A stretch of 54,839 nucleotides of DNA from an uncultured Clostridium sp. (lineage in GTDB: Bacteria; Bacillota; Clostridia; TANB77; CAG-508): positions 1 to 54,839 of the forward strand of contig CAMYZH010000004.1 in the NCBI GenBank assembly GCA_947303785.1, given 5' to 3'. Positions within the stretch are counted from its first letter, which is position 1. Each line of letters opens with the position of its first letter. The position numbers were made by a program, and so were the translations under genes. Below the pieces are notes generated by a model. It searched no databases and had not been told where the DNA came from. It saw only the letters and a list, made by a program, of their open reading frames with translations. Positions 9,883 through 19,464 of the stretch are shown in pieces.

Positions 9883-11040
9883 ATGGAAGAAAAATCAAAA
9901 CAAACTGCTATATTAAAAAAACAAAAAGGATTATACCAAGGAAATTTAAACAAGGAAGATAATAATGGAAATATTGAATTCATAAATATAAGCCAATTAT
10001 CTTATGAAGATTTATCTAAAATGTTTTTTCATTTTTCATTAAAAAAAGATAAGAATTCAATAGATAAAAGAGGTTTAGTTTCACAAATTGGAAGAAATTC
10101 AAAAGGAATTGATGAAAAAAAATCAATTTTCTTTTCTTATAGCATAGAAGGTTTATTAGAAACATGGGACCAATGGCTAAAATGGAGAATGAATAGATTA
10201 TATAACCCATATTTCCAAGAAGAGAATAAAAGTATTAAAGAAAGGATAGCAAATAATACTGCTTCTGAAGAAGAAAAAGGAAAGTATTATTCTAAATGGG
10301 AGCAATGGGTAAATGAATTTACTAGTGGGGAATATAAAGAAGATGTCAAAAAACTTAAGTTCCTTTTTGATTTTCAAATTGATGAAATGTTATCAAGCAA
10401 TTATTATTCATTAGATCTAATAGAAGGAGAGGATTTTTCATTTGACGATATAGATGAACACAAAAGTAAAATCATATCTCGAAAAGACGACAGCCATTTA
10501 AAATCGATAGAATATAAAATGCTTGCTACAAGGTATGGAAAATATAGTGATTTAAATAGCCCTAAGGTTGACAAATGGAATATGCATACAAAAATGAAAG
10601 ATGGTGATGGAGTTAAAATTGACCCAAGTAGAATAAAGCAATTATCATTATCTAATGGGAAAAATAGTGTTTTAGATATAGTTTTGTATTTATATGATAA
10701 ATATAGCGAAATGATACCAAGCGAGCAAAGGGCAGAATTTGATTTATTAGATAAATATATAGAATATGTAAAAGAACAGATTCGAAATAATGGTTTATCA
10801 ACATTTAATAGAGACGATAAAATACATGAAGTAGAATTAGTGAGCCATTTTCATGATCAAAAATCTGATAATTTTTTTCAAGATATGAAAAGTGGAGTTT
10901 ATTCTATACCTTCATATATTATTACTCCAAATCAAATTGCAAGAGCTTCATTAAATGTTCCACTTGGCTTAATAGATGGCGCAACCCAAAGAGTTAGGAA
11001 TGATAGAATCAACACACCAAAATATATAGAACATTGTTAA
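9883..11040 (+). CDS. hypothetical protein, no recognisable domain
   Basis: 385 aa open frame in a stop-rich AT genome. It is soluble and Lys/Glu/Trp-rich, sits 13 nt after the Nudix stop, and ends 20 nt before the ABC ATPase start. Confidence 0.6.
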   Translation: MEEKSKQTAILKKQKGLYQGNLNKEDNNGNIEFINISQLSYEDLSKMFFHFSLKKDKNSIDKRGLVSQIGRNSKGIDEKKSIFFSYSIEGLLETWDQWLKWRMNRLYNPYFQEENKSIKERIANNTASEEEKGKYYSKWEQWVNEFTSGEYKEDVKKLKFLFDFQIDEMLSSNYYSLDLIEGEDFSFDDIDEHKSKIISRKDDSHLKSIEYKMLATRYGKYSDLNSPKVDKWNMHTKMKDGDGVKIDPSRIKQLSLSNGKNSVLDIVLYLYDKYSEMIPSEQRAEFDLLDKYIEYVKEQIRNNGLSTFNRDDKIHEVELVSHFHDQKSDNFFQDMKSGVYSIPSYIITPNQIARASLNVPLGLIDGATQRVRNDRINTPKYIEHC

Positions 11041-11060
11041 AAATCATAGGGGAGATATTA

Positions 11061-12050
11061 ATGGAAAAGGAAATAATAACAGTTAATCATATTTCAAAAA
11101 AATTTAAAGTATCTAAAAGAGAAGCTGGATTAAAGAATGCAATAAAATCCTTTTTTAAAAGAGAATACACAATAATTAATAGTTTAGAAGATATAAGTTT
11201 TTCTATTAAAGAAGGTGAAATAGTGGGATATATCGGACCAAATGGTGCTGGAAAGTCTACCACTCTTAAAATTATGTCAGGTATTTTAGTTCCTACATCT
11301 GGAGAATGTAAAGTTAATGGATATATTCCATGGAAAAACAGAAAAAAATATGTAAAAAATATAGGCGTTGTATTTGGACAAAGATCTGGATTGTGGTGGG
11401 ATGTCCCACCAATTGATTCATTTGAGCTTTTAAAAGATATATATGAAATTCCTCAAAAAGAATACGAAGAGAAATTAAGAGAACTAAAAGAATATTTGAA
11501 ATTAGATGATATTTTAAATATTCCAACAAGGCAATTGAGTTTAGGGCAGAGAATGAGATGCGAAATTGCAAGTGCACTTCTGCACAATCCTAAGATATTA
11601 TTTTTAGATGAGCCAACTATTGGACTTGACGCTGTTTCAAAACTTGCACTTAGAAAGTGTATCAAACAAATTAATGAAAAAACTAAGGTTACAATAATAC
11701 TTACTACACATGATATGCAAGATATTGAAGCATTAACAGAAAGAATTATTCTAATTGGAAAAGGCAAAATATTATATGATGGAAGTTTGAACGAAATTAA
11801 GAGTAAATATAATGAAAATAGAAAAATGAACATAAAGTTTAAGTATACCAATACAAAAATTAGTATTCCTAATATAACTATTTTAGAACAAACGGAAGAA
11901 AGTGCAAGTATTGTTTTAAAACATAATGATGATTCTATGGCAAATATTTTAGAAAAACTTACAAACCAGGTTGAAGTAATAGATATGAACATTGAAGAAA
12001 TGTCTACAGATGATATAATTGCAAAGCTCTATAATGAATTAAAAATATAG
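11061..12050 (+). CDS. ABC transporter ATP-binding protein (COG4586-type, partner of ABC-2/DUF990 permeases)
   Basis: Walker A GPNGAGKST, signature LSLGQRMR, Walker B ILFLDEPTIGLD. AGGGGAG RBS before ATG 11061. Confidence 0.85.
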   Translation: MEKEIITVNHISKKFKVSKREAGLKNAIKSFFKREYTIINSLEDISFSIKEGEIVGYIGPNGAGKSTTLKIMSGILVPTSGECKVNGYIPWKNRKKYVKNIGVVFGQRSGLWWDVPPIDSFELLKDIYEIPQKEYEEKLRELKEYLKLDDILNIPTRQLSLGQRMRCEIASALLHNPKILFLDEPTIGLDAVSKLALRKCIKQINEKTKVTIILTTHDMQDIEALTERIILIGKGKILYDGSLNEIKSKYNENRKMNIKFKYTNTKISIPNITILEQTEESASIVLKHNDDSMANILEKLTNQVEVIDMNIEEMSTDDIIAKLYNELKI

Positions 12051-12056
12051 TGTTTT

Positions 12057-12100
12057 AAAACTCCTTTTTAGCAGTATACCGCTAAAGAGGAGTTTTTATT
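12057..12100 (+). terminator. rho-independent terminator after the ABC ATPase gene
   Basis: aaaactcctttttagc / gctaaagaggagtttt stem with 1 mismatch, followed by a T-run. Confidence 0.75.
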
Positions 12101-12116
12101 TATAAAATTAAAATTC

Positions 12117-12145
12117 TTGAAATAATAAATAAATAATGATAGAAT
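12117..12145 (+). promoter_or_regulatory. sigma-A type promoter of the inserted cassette
   Basis: TTGAAA, 17 nt spacer, TAGAAT, about 35 nt upstream of the AGGAGG RBS of the 12180 gene. Confidence 0.5.
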
Positions 12146-12179
12146 GTTACGCAATAGAAATGATTTTTAGGAGGGATTT

Positions 12180-14468
12180 ATGAGCAAATTTGATTTAGGC
12201 GGTAAAGGAAATTCATTAGTTAAGCTAAATGAAAATCATTATAATGTTCCAAACTTTTTTGTTTTAGATACAAGTTTTTTTGATGAGTTCCTTGAAGCAA
12301 ATAATATTAAAGAAAAAATTGATGATTTACTTAAAGAATTAAATTTTGAAAACTTTATAGAAATATCTAAAAAAATAAGAGATTTGTTCAAAGATACAAA
12401 AGCTACTCCAAGAATAAAACAATTTGTTAAAGATAATTTAACATCATTAAAAGATACAGTATATGCAGTTAGGTCTTCTGCCAATATTGAAGACAGTAGT
12501 GATAACTCTTGGGCAGGTTTATTTGATAGCTTTTTAAATGTTAAAAAAGAAGAGATTGAATCTAAAATAATTGGTTGTATAGAATCCTGTTTTTCTGCAA
12601 GAGTTCTAATATACAAATTAAAAAATAATATTACTATACCAATTAAAATGGCAGTAATTGTACAAGAAATGATTGTTAGTGAGTGTTATGGTACATTGTT
12701 CTCAAAAGATCCAATTACAGGAGAAGATATTATTCAAATAGACATAGGTCTTAATACAGTTACCCACTATGAAATAAAAAATAATACATTATATGATGTT
12801 AAAGGAAATGTAGTAGATAAAAAAATTTTTTTAGAATTAGGGCAAATTGCTAAAAGAATAGAAAAATTATATGAAACTGCAGTAGATATAGAATGGGTTA
12901 TAGATGGAAATGAGATTTATTTAATACAAGCTAGACCTATAACAACAATAAATGAAGAGATTACAAAAATTGTAGAATATGCTAAGAGTGTTAAATGGAA
13001 TTTTCATGTTACACGTTTAGTTTTATATTTTGTTAAATATTCTAATGTTGTGTTAGCAAGACAAAGTAAAAATATATATGATGTTTTAGGATTTGATTTA
13101 AAGCCTGATAATATGCTAATGTTAAATGGTAAAGAATATCATGAAACTACTACCCAAGAAGCGATACATAATTTTTTTGATAAAAAATTTAATGAAGATA
13201 ATCAGTTTTTTATAAAATTGGCTAATAATGAAATTAAGCTTTCAGAACAAATTGAAGATTATATAAAAGATTTATCTTCTAGAAAAAATGATTTAAATTC
13301 TATTGAAGAATTCGAAAGATTTAGAAAATATTTTGTAAAAACCGGAGCTCCTTTTAGCTTAATACCAGATGATTATTTGGAAAGAAGGGTAAAAGAAATT
13401 ATTGCAAAAGTAGTAAATGAACATGAAGATGTTGATACTATTTTTAACATTTTATCAACTTGTCCTAATCCTGAAGAAATCTTTTATAATGAAGAACCAT
13501 TAGATTTACTTAGAATTGCCAAAAAAATAAAAGAAAATGATGAGTTAAGAGAAGAACTTATAAAAAAACATGTAGAAAGATATTCATGGATGAAAGGCCC
13601 AATTCTTATTGAAGAACAAGCTTTTACATATAAAGAATATGAAGATAGAATTAATTATTTAATAACAACAGATATAGATAGAAAGATTGAAGATATACTA
13701 AATGCTAGAGAAAAAAGAGAAAAAGAAGTTACTGAGCTTATTAATAAATATCCATTTACAGAAGATGACAAGAGTATGATTTCTTCAATGAGAAAATTTG
13801 TATTTCTTAGAACTTTTATGGCTACTGTTCAAGATAGGTTGTTTTTCTTAGCTAGACATACTTTATTTTCACAAATAAGCAATGAATATAATATTCCTAA
13901 AAAAGAATTATTAATGTTAACTGCTGATGAAATTAGTGATTTACTAATAAATCATAAGGTTGAAGATTATATAAAAAGAGCTCACGATAGAGAGAAAGAA
14001 TATGCTATTATTACAATAGATGAAAAAGTTACTTCTTTTGTTGGTGATGAAGCTCAAAAAGTTGATAATATTCTTACTAGATATATAGATGTACAAAAAA
14101 GAAGCGAAACAAAGCAAAAAATAGAACCTTCTGATGATGTAGTTACTGGAATGATAGCCAATATGGGTTGTATTGTTGGTAGAGCAAAAATTCTTAATTC
14201 ATATGAAGATATTTCAAATGTTAATATTGGTGATATAATCATTTCAACTATGACATTACCTAATTATATTGCTGCAATGGAAAAAGCAAGAGGTTTTATA
14301 ACTGATGAAGGTGGAATTACTTGTCATGCAGCTATTTTGTCAAGAGAATTTAATGTTCCATGTATAGTTGGAACTTTGAATGCAACAAAAGTGATAAAAG
14401 ACAATGATTTAATAGAACTTGATGCCAATAATGGTATTGTTCGTATTTTAGAAAGGGAGGGTAAATAA
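12180..14468 (+). CDS. PEP-utilising enzyme family phosphotransferase with rifampin-phosphotransferase-like architecture (ATP-grasp N-domain, unknown central domain, C-terminal swivel-His domain)
   Basis: N-terminal PPDK_N motifs LGGKGNSL, VRSSANIEDS..WAGLFDS, AVIVQEM, DIEWVIDGNEIYLIQARPIT. C-terminal mobile domain GGITCHAAILSREFNVPCIVG. No PEP/pyruvate TIM-barrel domain. About 390 aa in the centre are unassigned. Confidence 0.7.
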   Translation: MSKFDLGGKGNSLVKLNENHYNVPNFFVLDTSFFDEFLEANNIKEKIDDLLKELNFENFIEISKKIRDLFKDTKATPRIKQFVKDNLTSLKDTVYAVRSSANIEDSSDNSWAGLFDSFLNVKKEEIESKIIGCIESCFSARVLIYKLKNNITIPIKMAVIVQEMIVSECYGTLFSKDPITGEDIIQIDIGLNTVTHYEIKNNTLYDVKGNVVDKKIFLELGQIAKRIEKLYETAVDIEWVIDGNEIYLIQARPITTINEEITKIVEYAKSVKWNFHVTRLVLYFVKYSNVVLARQSKNIYDVLGFDLKPDNMLMLNGKEYHETTTQEAIHNFFDKKFNEDNQFFIKLANNEIKLSEQIEDYIKDLSSRKNDLNSIEEFERFRKYFVKTGAPFSLIPDDYLERRVKEIIAKVVNEHEDVDTIFNILSTCPNPEEIFYNEEPLDLLRIAKKIKENDELREELIKKHVERYSWMKGPILIEEQAFTYKEYEDRINYLITTDIDRKIEDILNAREKREKEVTELINKYPFTEDDKSMISSMRKFVFLRTFMATVQDRLFFLARHTLFSQISNEYNIPKKELLMLTADEISDLLINHKVEDYIKRAHDREKEYAIITIDEKVTSFVGDEAQKVDNILTRYIDVQKRSETKQKIEPSDDVVTGMIANMGCIVGRAKILNSYEDISNVNIGDIIISTMTLPNYIAAMEKARGFITDEGGITCHAAILSREFNVPCIVGTLNATKVIKDNDLIELDANNGIVRILEREGK

Positions 14469-15602
14469 GTGGAAGTTTATGTTGATAATAATGCTACTAC
14501 AAAAGTTGATGAAGATGTTTTAAACGAAATGTTACCATATTTGAAAGAAAGTTTTGCTAATCCTAGTAGTTTATATGAGTCTGGAAAACAGACAAAAAAA
14601 GCTATTAATAAAGCAAGGTCTAATGTTGCTAAATTATTAAATGCAGAAGATAGTGAAATTATTTTTACAGCCTCTGCTACAGAGAGTAATGTTACAGCTA
14701 TTATGAGTGCTGCGAGAAACAGTAATGGAAAAAAGAGAATTATTACTTCTAAAATGGAACATGCTTCGATTTTAGAAACAATGAATTACCTAGAGACACG
14801 TGGCTTTGAGATCATTTATTTAGAGGTTGATGATAAAGGAAGAATTAATATTGAAGATTTAAAAAATGCTATTAATGAAGATACTTTCTTAATTACAGTA
14901 ATGCTAGCTAATAATGAACTTGGTAATATTTATCCAATTAAAGAATTTTGTAAAATAGCACATGAACATAATATTCTATTTCACTGTGATTGCACACAAG
15001 CTGTTGGAAAAATAAAAGTAGATGTTAAAGAGCTTGGTGTTGATACAGTTTCATTTTCTGGACATAAAATTCATGCACCAAAAGGAGTTGGAATATTATA
15101 TGTTAAAAATGGTACTCCATACACTCCACTATTATTTGGACATCAAGAAAATAACCGAAGAGGTGGAACTGAAAATGTACCTTATATTGTTGGATTAGGG
15201 AAAGCTGTTGAAAAAATAGTTGATGATGACTTAAAAAGCATCGAAAAAGTTAAAGAATTAAGAGATTATTTTGAAGAACAAATTAAGAGTAAATTAGATG
15301 GTATACATATTTATGGAGATATAGAAAATAGAATACCAAATACTTCAAATATTGCTTTTTTAAATGCAGATGGAAATGAGCTTGCAATTATACTTGAGGC
15401 TAATAATATAAATCTTTCAAATGGTTCTGCTTGTAACACATCTGAACCTAAACCTTCAGATGTATTGGTTGCATGTCATGCTAATCTTAAAGAATATTTT
15501 CCTATAAGAGTTAGTTTTGATATTAATAATACTAAAGAACAGGTTGATTATTTTATTAATAAATTAGTATCTAATGTAAATATGTTAAGGAGGAATAAAT
15601 AA
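14469..15602 (+). CDS. cysteine desulfurase, NifS/IscS-like (class V aminotransferase)
   Basis: The GTG start abuts the upstream TAA and follows a GGGAGGG RBS. PLP-Lys motif SFSGHKIHAPKG and active-site Cys region SNGSACNT. Confidence 0.85.
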   Translation: MEVYVDNNATTKVDEDVLNEMLPYLKESFANPSSLYESGKQTKKAINKARSNVAKLLNAEDSEIIFTASATESNVTAIMSAARNSNGKKRIITSKMEHASILETMNYLETRGFEIIYLEVDDKGRINIEDLKNAINEDTFLITVMLANNELGNIYPIKEFCKIAHEHNILFHCDCTQAVGKIKVDVKELGVDTVSFSGHKIHAPKGVGILYVKNGTPYTPLLFGHQENNRRGGTENVPYIVGLGKAVEKIVDDDLKSIEKVKELRDYFEEQIKSKLDGIHIYGDIENRIPNTSNIAFLNADGNELAIILEANNINLSNGSACNTSEPKPSDVLVACHANLKEYFPIRVSFDINNTKEQVDYFINKLVSNVNMLRRNK

Positions 15603-16207
15603 TGGCAATTCTAATTAATTTTAAAATATGTGATAATGCTCCAGAGTGTTTAGCTCCACCTACATGCAAAGCGGGAGCAATAAAGTGGAATGAAGAAAAG
15701 AAAACTTTGGAGATTGACAATAGCAAATGTAATTCATGTGGTCTTTGTATACCAACTTGTCCTATGGAAGCTATATTCTTGGCTAAAACAGATGAAGAAT
15801 ATAATCAAATTAAAAAAGAAATTGATGAAGATAAGAGAACAAGAAAAGATTTGTTTGTTGATCGCTATGGAGCTGTAGCTCTAATGGAAGCTTTTATGGC
15901 AACAGAGGATATGATAGAAGATAAGATTAAAAGAGATAATTTAACATTTATTGAAATATATGATCCTGAAAATGTTGAGTGTTTATTAAAGTCAATTCCT
16001 TTAAAAGAAATAACAGAGGGTATGCCAGATGATACAAAATATTACAAGATTAGTTTTACTGATAGCTTGATGAATAAATATGAAATTAAAAAACTACCTT
16101 CTTTATTATTGTTTAAAAGCGGAAAAATGCTTGGAAAAATTGAAGGATATTATCCAACTGATGAGAAGGAAGAGTTTTTCTCTATGATTAATGGAATAGT
16201 TAAATAA
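15602..16207 (+). CDS. 4Fe-4S ferredoxin domain fused to a thioredoxin-like domain lacking CxxC
   Basis: The ATG overlaps the nifS-like stop (ATAATGG). [12 protein letters not shown] cluster motif plus C10/C16/C22. The C-terminal [19 protein letters not shown] resembles the thioredoxin-fold end. No CxxC redox pair is seen. Confidence 0.6.
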   Translation: MAILINFKICDNAPECLAPPTCKAGAIKWNEEKKTLEIDNSKCNSCGLCIPTCPMEAIFLAKTDEEYNQIKKEIDEDKRTRKDLFVDRYGAVALMEAFMATEDMIEDKIKRDNLTFIEIYDPENVECLLKSIPLKEITEGMPDDTKYYKISFTDSLMNKYEIKKLPSLLLFKSGKMLGKIEGYYPTDEKEEFFSMINGIVK

Positions 16208-16239
16208 AAATAGAATTAAAAAATAAGGAGGAATTTATT

Positions 16240-16536
16240 ATGGAAAGAAAATTTAATAAGGGAGATATTGTAAAACATTTTAAGAGAGAGAAAATGACAG
16301 AAGAACAACTAAGAGAGACACCAACATTATATTTATTTGAAATTATTGGAACTGCAAGACATTCAGAAAACAAAGAAGAATATATAATTTATAAGCCATT
16401 TTACCCAGCTGAATGTGTTAAAGGAGTAGATTTTGCTGCAAGACCTTTAGAGATGTTTATGTCAGAAGTAGATCATCAAAAATATCCAGAAGTTAAACAA
16501 AAATATCGTTTTGAATTATTTGATTTTAAAAATTAG
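16240..16536 (+). CDS. DUF1653 domain protein
   Basis: [23 protein letters not shown]...[22 protein letters not shown]. It is a clear paralogue of the ORF at 48459..48716. Confidence 0.7.
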   Translation: MERKFNKGDIVKHFKREKMTEEQLRETPTLYLFEIIGTARHSENKEEYIIYKPFYPAECVKGVDFAARPLEMFMSEVDHQKYPEVKQKYRFELFDFKN

Positions 16537-16604
16537 ATGTAAATATCAAAGTAATGGCTACAGATGACATAATTGTGAAATTATATACTGAATTAAAAAA
16601 ATAG
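16530..16604 (+). pseudogene. relic of the 3' end of an ABC ATPase gene (diverged copy of 11976..12050)
   Basis: Reads [23 protein letters not shown], against IDMNIEEMSTDDIIAKLYNELKI* at the end of the intact ATPase (14/23 residues identical by manual alignment). It lies 31 nt before the permease start, as expected for the ancestral operon. Confidence 0.75.
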
Positions 16605-16635
16605 ACATAGAATTTAGAAAGGAATACAGCTATAA

Positions 16636-17433
16636 ATGAAAAAATACATTTCATATTTTAAGCTAAGGTATAATATGGCTTTGCAATATAGAGCATCTGC
16701 AATTGCAGGAATGTTTACACAGCTTTTTTGGGCAATTATGCAAATATTAATATTTATAGCGTTTTATAAAAATGCTTCAGGAAAAAATATATCATTAGAG
16801 CAATTAGTATCATATGTTTGGCTTAGACAAATTTTTTATTCATTAATTAATCATGTTACTGAAGGAGAAATAAAATCATCAATAGAAAATGGAAATGTTG
16901 TATATGAGTTGATTAAGCCAATCAATTTATATTGGATATGGTTCTTTAGAACTATTTCTTCAAGATTGGCTTCATGCTCAATAAAATGTATTCCAATTAT
17001 CCTGATAGCTCCATTTTTGCCAGGTGAGTTAAATTTAAATGGACCTGCAAGCTTAGAAGCATTTTTATTATTTACGATTACTTTGGTTTTTGGAATGTTT
17101 ATAATATCATCTATTATAAATTTATTTTATATTAGTATTTTTTATACAATGTCGTCTAAAGGTACAACATCAATATTTTATGGGACATTAGAATTTTTTG
17201 GAGGTGGATTTGTTCCAATTGCTCTTATGCCAATTAGCTGGCAAAAAGTGTGTTATTTTTTGCCAGCTAGTTTAGTTGCTGATTTACCATCTAGAATTTA
17301 TACTGGAAACATTGTAATTTCTGATGGCCTAAAATATCTTGGGGTTCAGATTATTTGGCTATTTATATTAATTGTATGTGGAAACTTCCTTTTAAATACA
17401 GCCCTAAAAAAAGTTGTTATTCAAGGAGGGTGA
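16636..17433 (+). CDS. ABC-2 family transporter permease (DUF990/COG4587-like)
   Basis: 265 aa multi-TM protein. The N-terminus YFKLRYNMALQYRASAIAGMFTQLFWAIMQI is typical of this permease family. Confidence 0.75.
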   Translation: MKKYISYFKLRYNMALQYRASAIAGMFTQLFWAIMQILIFIAFYKNASGKNISLEQLVSYVWLRQIFYSLINHVTEGEIKSSIENGNVVYELIKPINLYWIWFFRTISSRLASCSIKCIPIILIAPFLPGELNLNGPASLEAFLLFTITLVFGMFIISSIINLFYISIFYTMSSKGTTSIFYGTLEFFGGGFVPIALMPISWQKVCYFLPASLVADLPSRIYTGNIVISDGLKYLGVQIIWLFILIVCGNFLLNTALKKVVIQGG

Positions 17434-17434
17434 A

Positions 17435-18211
17435 ATGAAGGTATATTTTAAAACAATTATAATGAATATAAAATCACAACTTGAATATAGAAAAGCTTTT
17501 TTAATATCAGTATTTGGAAGCTTTTTAGTAACATTTCTTTTAATAGTAGCTGTATATTTTTTATTTTTAGATTTTAATCAAATAGGTGATTGGAACTTTT
17601 ATGAAGTTGCATTTCTATTTGGAATATCATTTTTTAATTTTGCTCTTGCAGAAATGTTTTTAAGAGGATTAGATCATTTTGAAGATACTGTTAGAAAAGG
17701 TGAATTTGACAGGTTAATGATAAGACCACAAAATTTGTTAATTCAAGCTACTAGCATGGAATTTGACATATCTAAAATTGGACGTTTAATTCAGTCGATT
17801 TTAATTATTGTTATCTCATTAATGAATATTAACATAGAATGGTCATTATATAAGGTAATAATATTAATTTTAATAAATATAGGTTGTTTTATTATTTTCT
17901 TTGGAATATTCATATTAAAAGCAGCATTTTGTTTTTGGACAATCAATGGACTTGAATTCATGAATATTCTATCTGAGGGTGGTAAAAAAGTAGCACAATA
18001 TCCAATAGATATTTATGCAAAATGGTTTAGAGTATTTTTTACTTATATAGTTCCATTCGGAATTGTAAACTATTATCCAGTAATGTATTTATTTGGAAAA
18101 TCTAATTTTTGGTTTTATGGTTTAATGCCACTTGGAACTATAGTATTTCTTTTATTTTGTTTATTGGCATGGGAAAAGGGCGTTAAACATTATGAATCTG
18201 TAGGTTCATAA
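17435..18211 (+). CDS. ABC-2 family transporter permease (DUF990/COG3694-like)
   Basis: ATG follows an AAGGAGGG RBS that overlaps the upstream TGA. Multi-TM protein with the LEYRKAFLISVFGSFL pattern. Confidence 0.75.
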   Translation: MKVYFKTIIMNIKSQLEYRKAFLISVFGSFLVTFLLIVAVYFLFLDFNQIGDWNFYEVAFLFGISFFNFALAEMFLRGLDHFEDTVRKGEFDRLMIRPQNLLIQATSMEFDISKIGRLIQSILIIVISLMNINIEWSLYKVIILILINIGCFIIFFGIFILKAAFCFWTINGLEFMNILSEGGKKVAQYPIDIYAKWFRVFFTYIVPFGIVNYYPVMYLFGKSNFWFYGLMPLGTIVFLLFCLLAWEKGVKHYESVGS

Positions 18212-18255
18212 TTGTAATAGGATTTTGTTTTAAATTCATAAATTTTCAAATATTT

Positions 18256-18298
18256 AAAAGATGAATTGTAAAAAAATAATAACAATATCATCTTTTTT
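18256..18298 (+). terminator. rho-independent terminator after the permease genes
   Basis: aaaagatgaattgt / acaatatcatctttt stem with a one-base bulge, followed by a T-run. Confidence 0.6.
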
Positions 18299-18364
18299 GA
18301 TTTTATAATAACCAATAAAGATATATATAAAATTTTAAAAATATAATGAAAATCTGGAAATAAA

Positions 18365-18373
18365 TGTTATAAT
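18365..18373 (+). promoter_or_regulatory. extended -10 element (TGtTATAAT) upstream of the DUF1016 gene
   Basis: tgttataat lies about 45 nt before the start codon. The same element precedes both tandem Nudix genes. Confidence 0.45.
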
Positions 18374-18381
18374 ATGAAAAA

Positions 18382-18410
18382 ACAAATTACGCAACAGGTG
18401 TTGCACGAAT
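18382..18410. repeat. left copy of a palindromic repeat flanking the DUF1016 gene
   Basis: acaaattacgcaacaggtgttgcacgaat. It matches the reverse complement of 19466..19494 at about 25 of 29 positions by manual alignment. Confidence 0.7.
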
Positions 18411-18419
18411 GGAGGTAAA

Positions 18420-19464
18420 ATGAAAAATCAATTATTACCAACTGATTATAAAGAAACATTAAAATTAATAAAACAAAAAATAGAGTTAGCACAACAACAA
18501 GCATTTATTTCAGTTAATACAAATTTACTAAATTTATATTGGGAAGTAGGAAATATTATATTAGGAAAAAAAGAAGTACAAGGCTGGGGAACAAAAGTAA
18601 TAGATAATTTGTCAAAGGATATAACCACAGCATTTCCTGGAATTAAAGGCTTTTCATCAAGAAATTTAGACTATATGACTAAATTTGCTCTTACATATAG
18701 AAACTATTATGACATTCGAGGAGAGTTGGCAAAGGTAAGTTGGTCACATAATATTATTTTGATGAGTAAATTACAAAATGAAGATGAAAGAATTTGGTAT
18801 ATGAATCAATCTATTGAGAATGGTTGGTCTAGAAGTGTTTTAAATCATCAGATTGAATATAGATTATATGACAGAGCTACAGCAGAAGAAAAAACACATA
18901 ATTTCCCAAAAGCTTTACCACCAATTCAATCAGAGTTGGCAATTCAAACATTAAAAGATCCATATATTTTTGATTTTTTAACTTTATCAAAAGATTATAA
19001 AGAAAAGGATTTAGAAGACCAATTAGTAAAGCATATTACTCAATTCTTATTAGAATTAGGTGCTGGATTTGCATTTGTTGGCAGACAATATCATTTAGAT
19101 ATTGGTGGAGATGATTATTATATAGATTTATTATTTTATCATCTAAAGCTAAAATGTTATGTTGTAGTTGAATTAAAAACAGTAGAATTTCAGCCAGAAT
19201 TTGCTCGGAAAATTAAATTTTTATTTATCAGCTGTAGATGATATACTAAAAACAAAAGATGATAATCCATCTATTGGTATATTATTGTGTAATGAAAAAA
19301 ATAAAGTAAAAGCTGAATATGCGTTAAAAGACATAAATAAACCGATTGGAATTTCTGAATATGAATTAATAAAAGCTATTCCAGAAGATTTAAAAGCAAA
19401 TTTACCTACCATTGAGGAAATAGAACAAGAAATAACTGAAAAGATGAAAAATGATGATAATTAA
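18420..19464 (+). pseudogene. YhcG/DUF1016 PD-(D/E)XK nuclease family protein, frame interrupted at CGG 19206
   Basis: The conserved YWEVG and WG..VIDNLSKD region is in frame 1. The conserved GKLNFYLSAVDD..DNPSIGILLC is in the +1 frame. The two join if the C of gctCgga is skipped. Confidence 0.8.

Noticed and set aside
11453-11992. 179-aa antisense ORF, together with many other minus-strand ORFs in the track (for example 1514..1726, 4864..5100, 12239..12616, 26031..26243, 29862..30098, 40374..40604, 41078..41365, 41404..41754, 44786..45151)
   Set aside because: All lie antisense inside well-supported conserved genes. They have low-complexity Ile/Phe/Leu/Ser-rich translations typical of AT-rich antisense frames, and no RBS.
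15690-15878. 62-aa and 64-aa same-strand overlapping ORFs (15690..15878 and 45996..46190)
   Set aside because: They are embedded out of frame within conserved genes (the ferredoxin fusion and mtlD), with no RBS and low-complexity translations.
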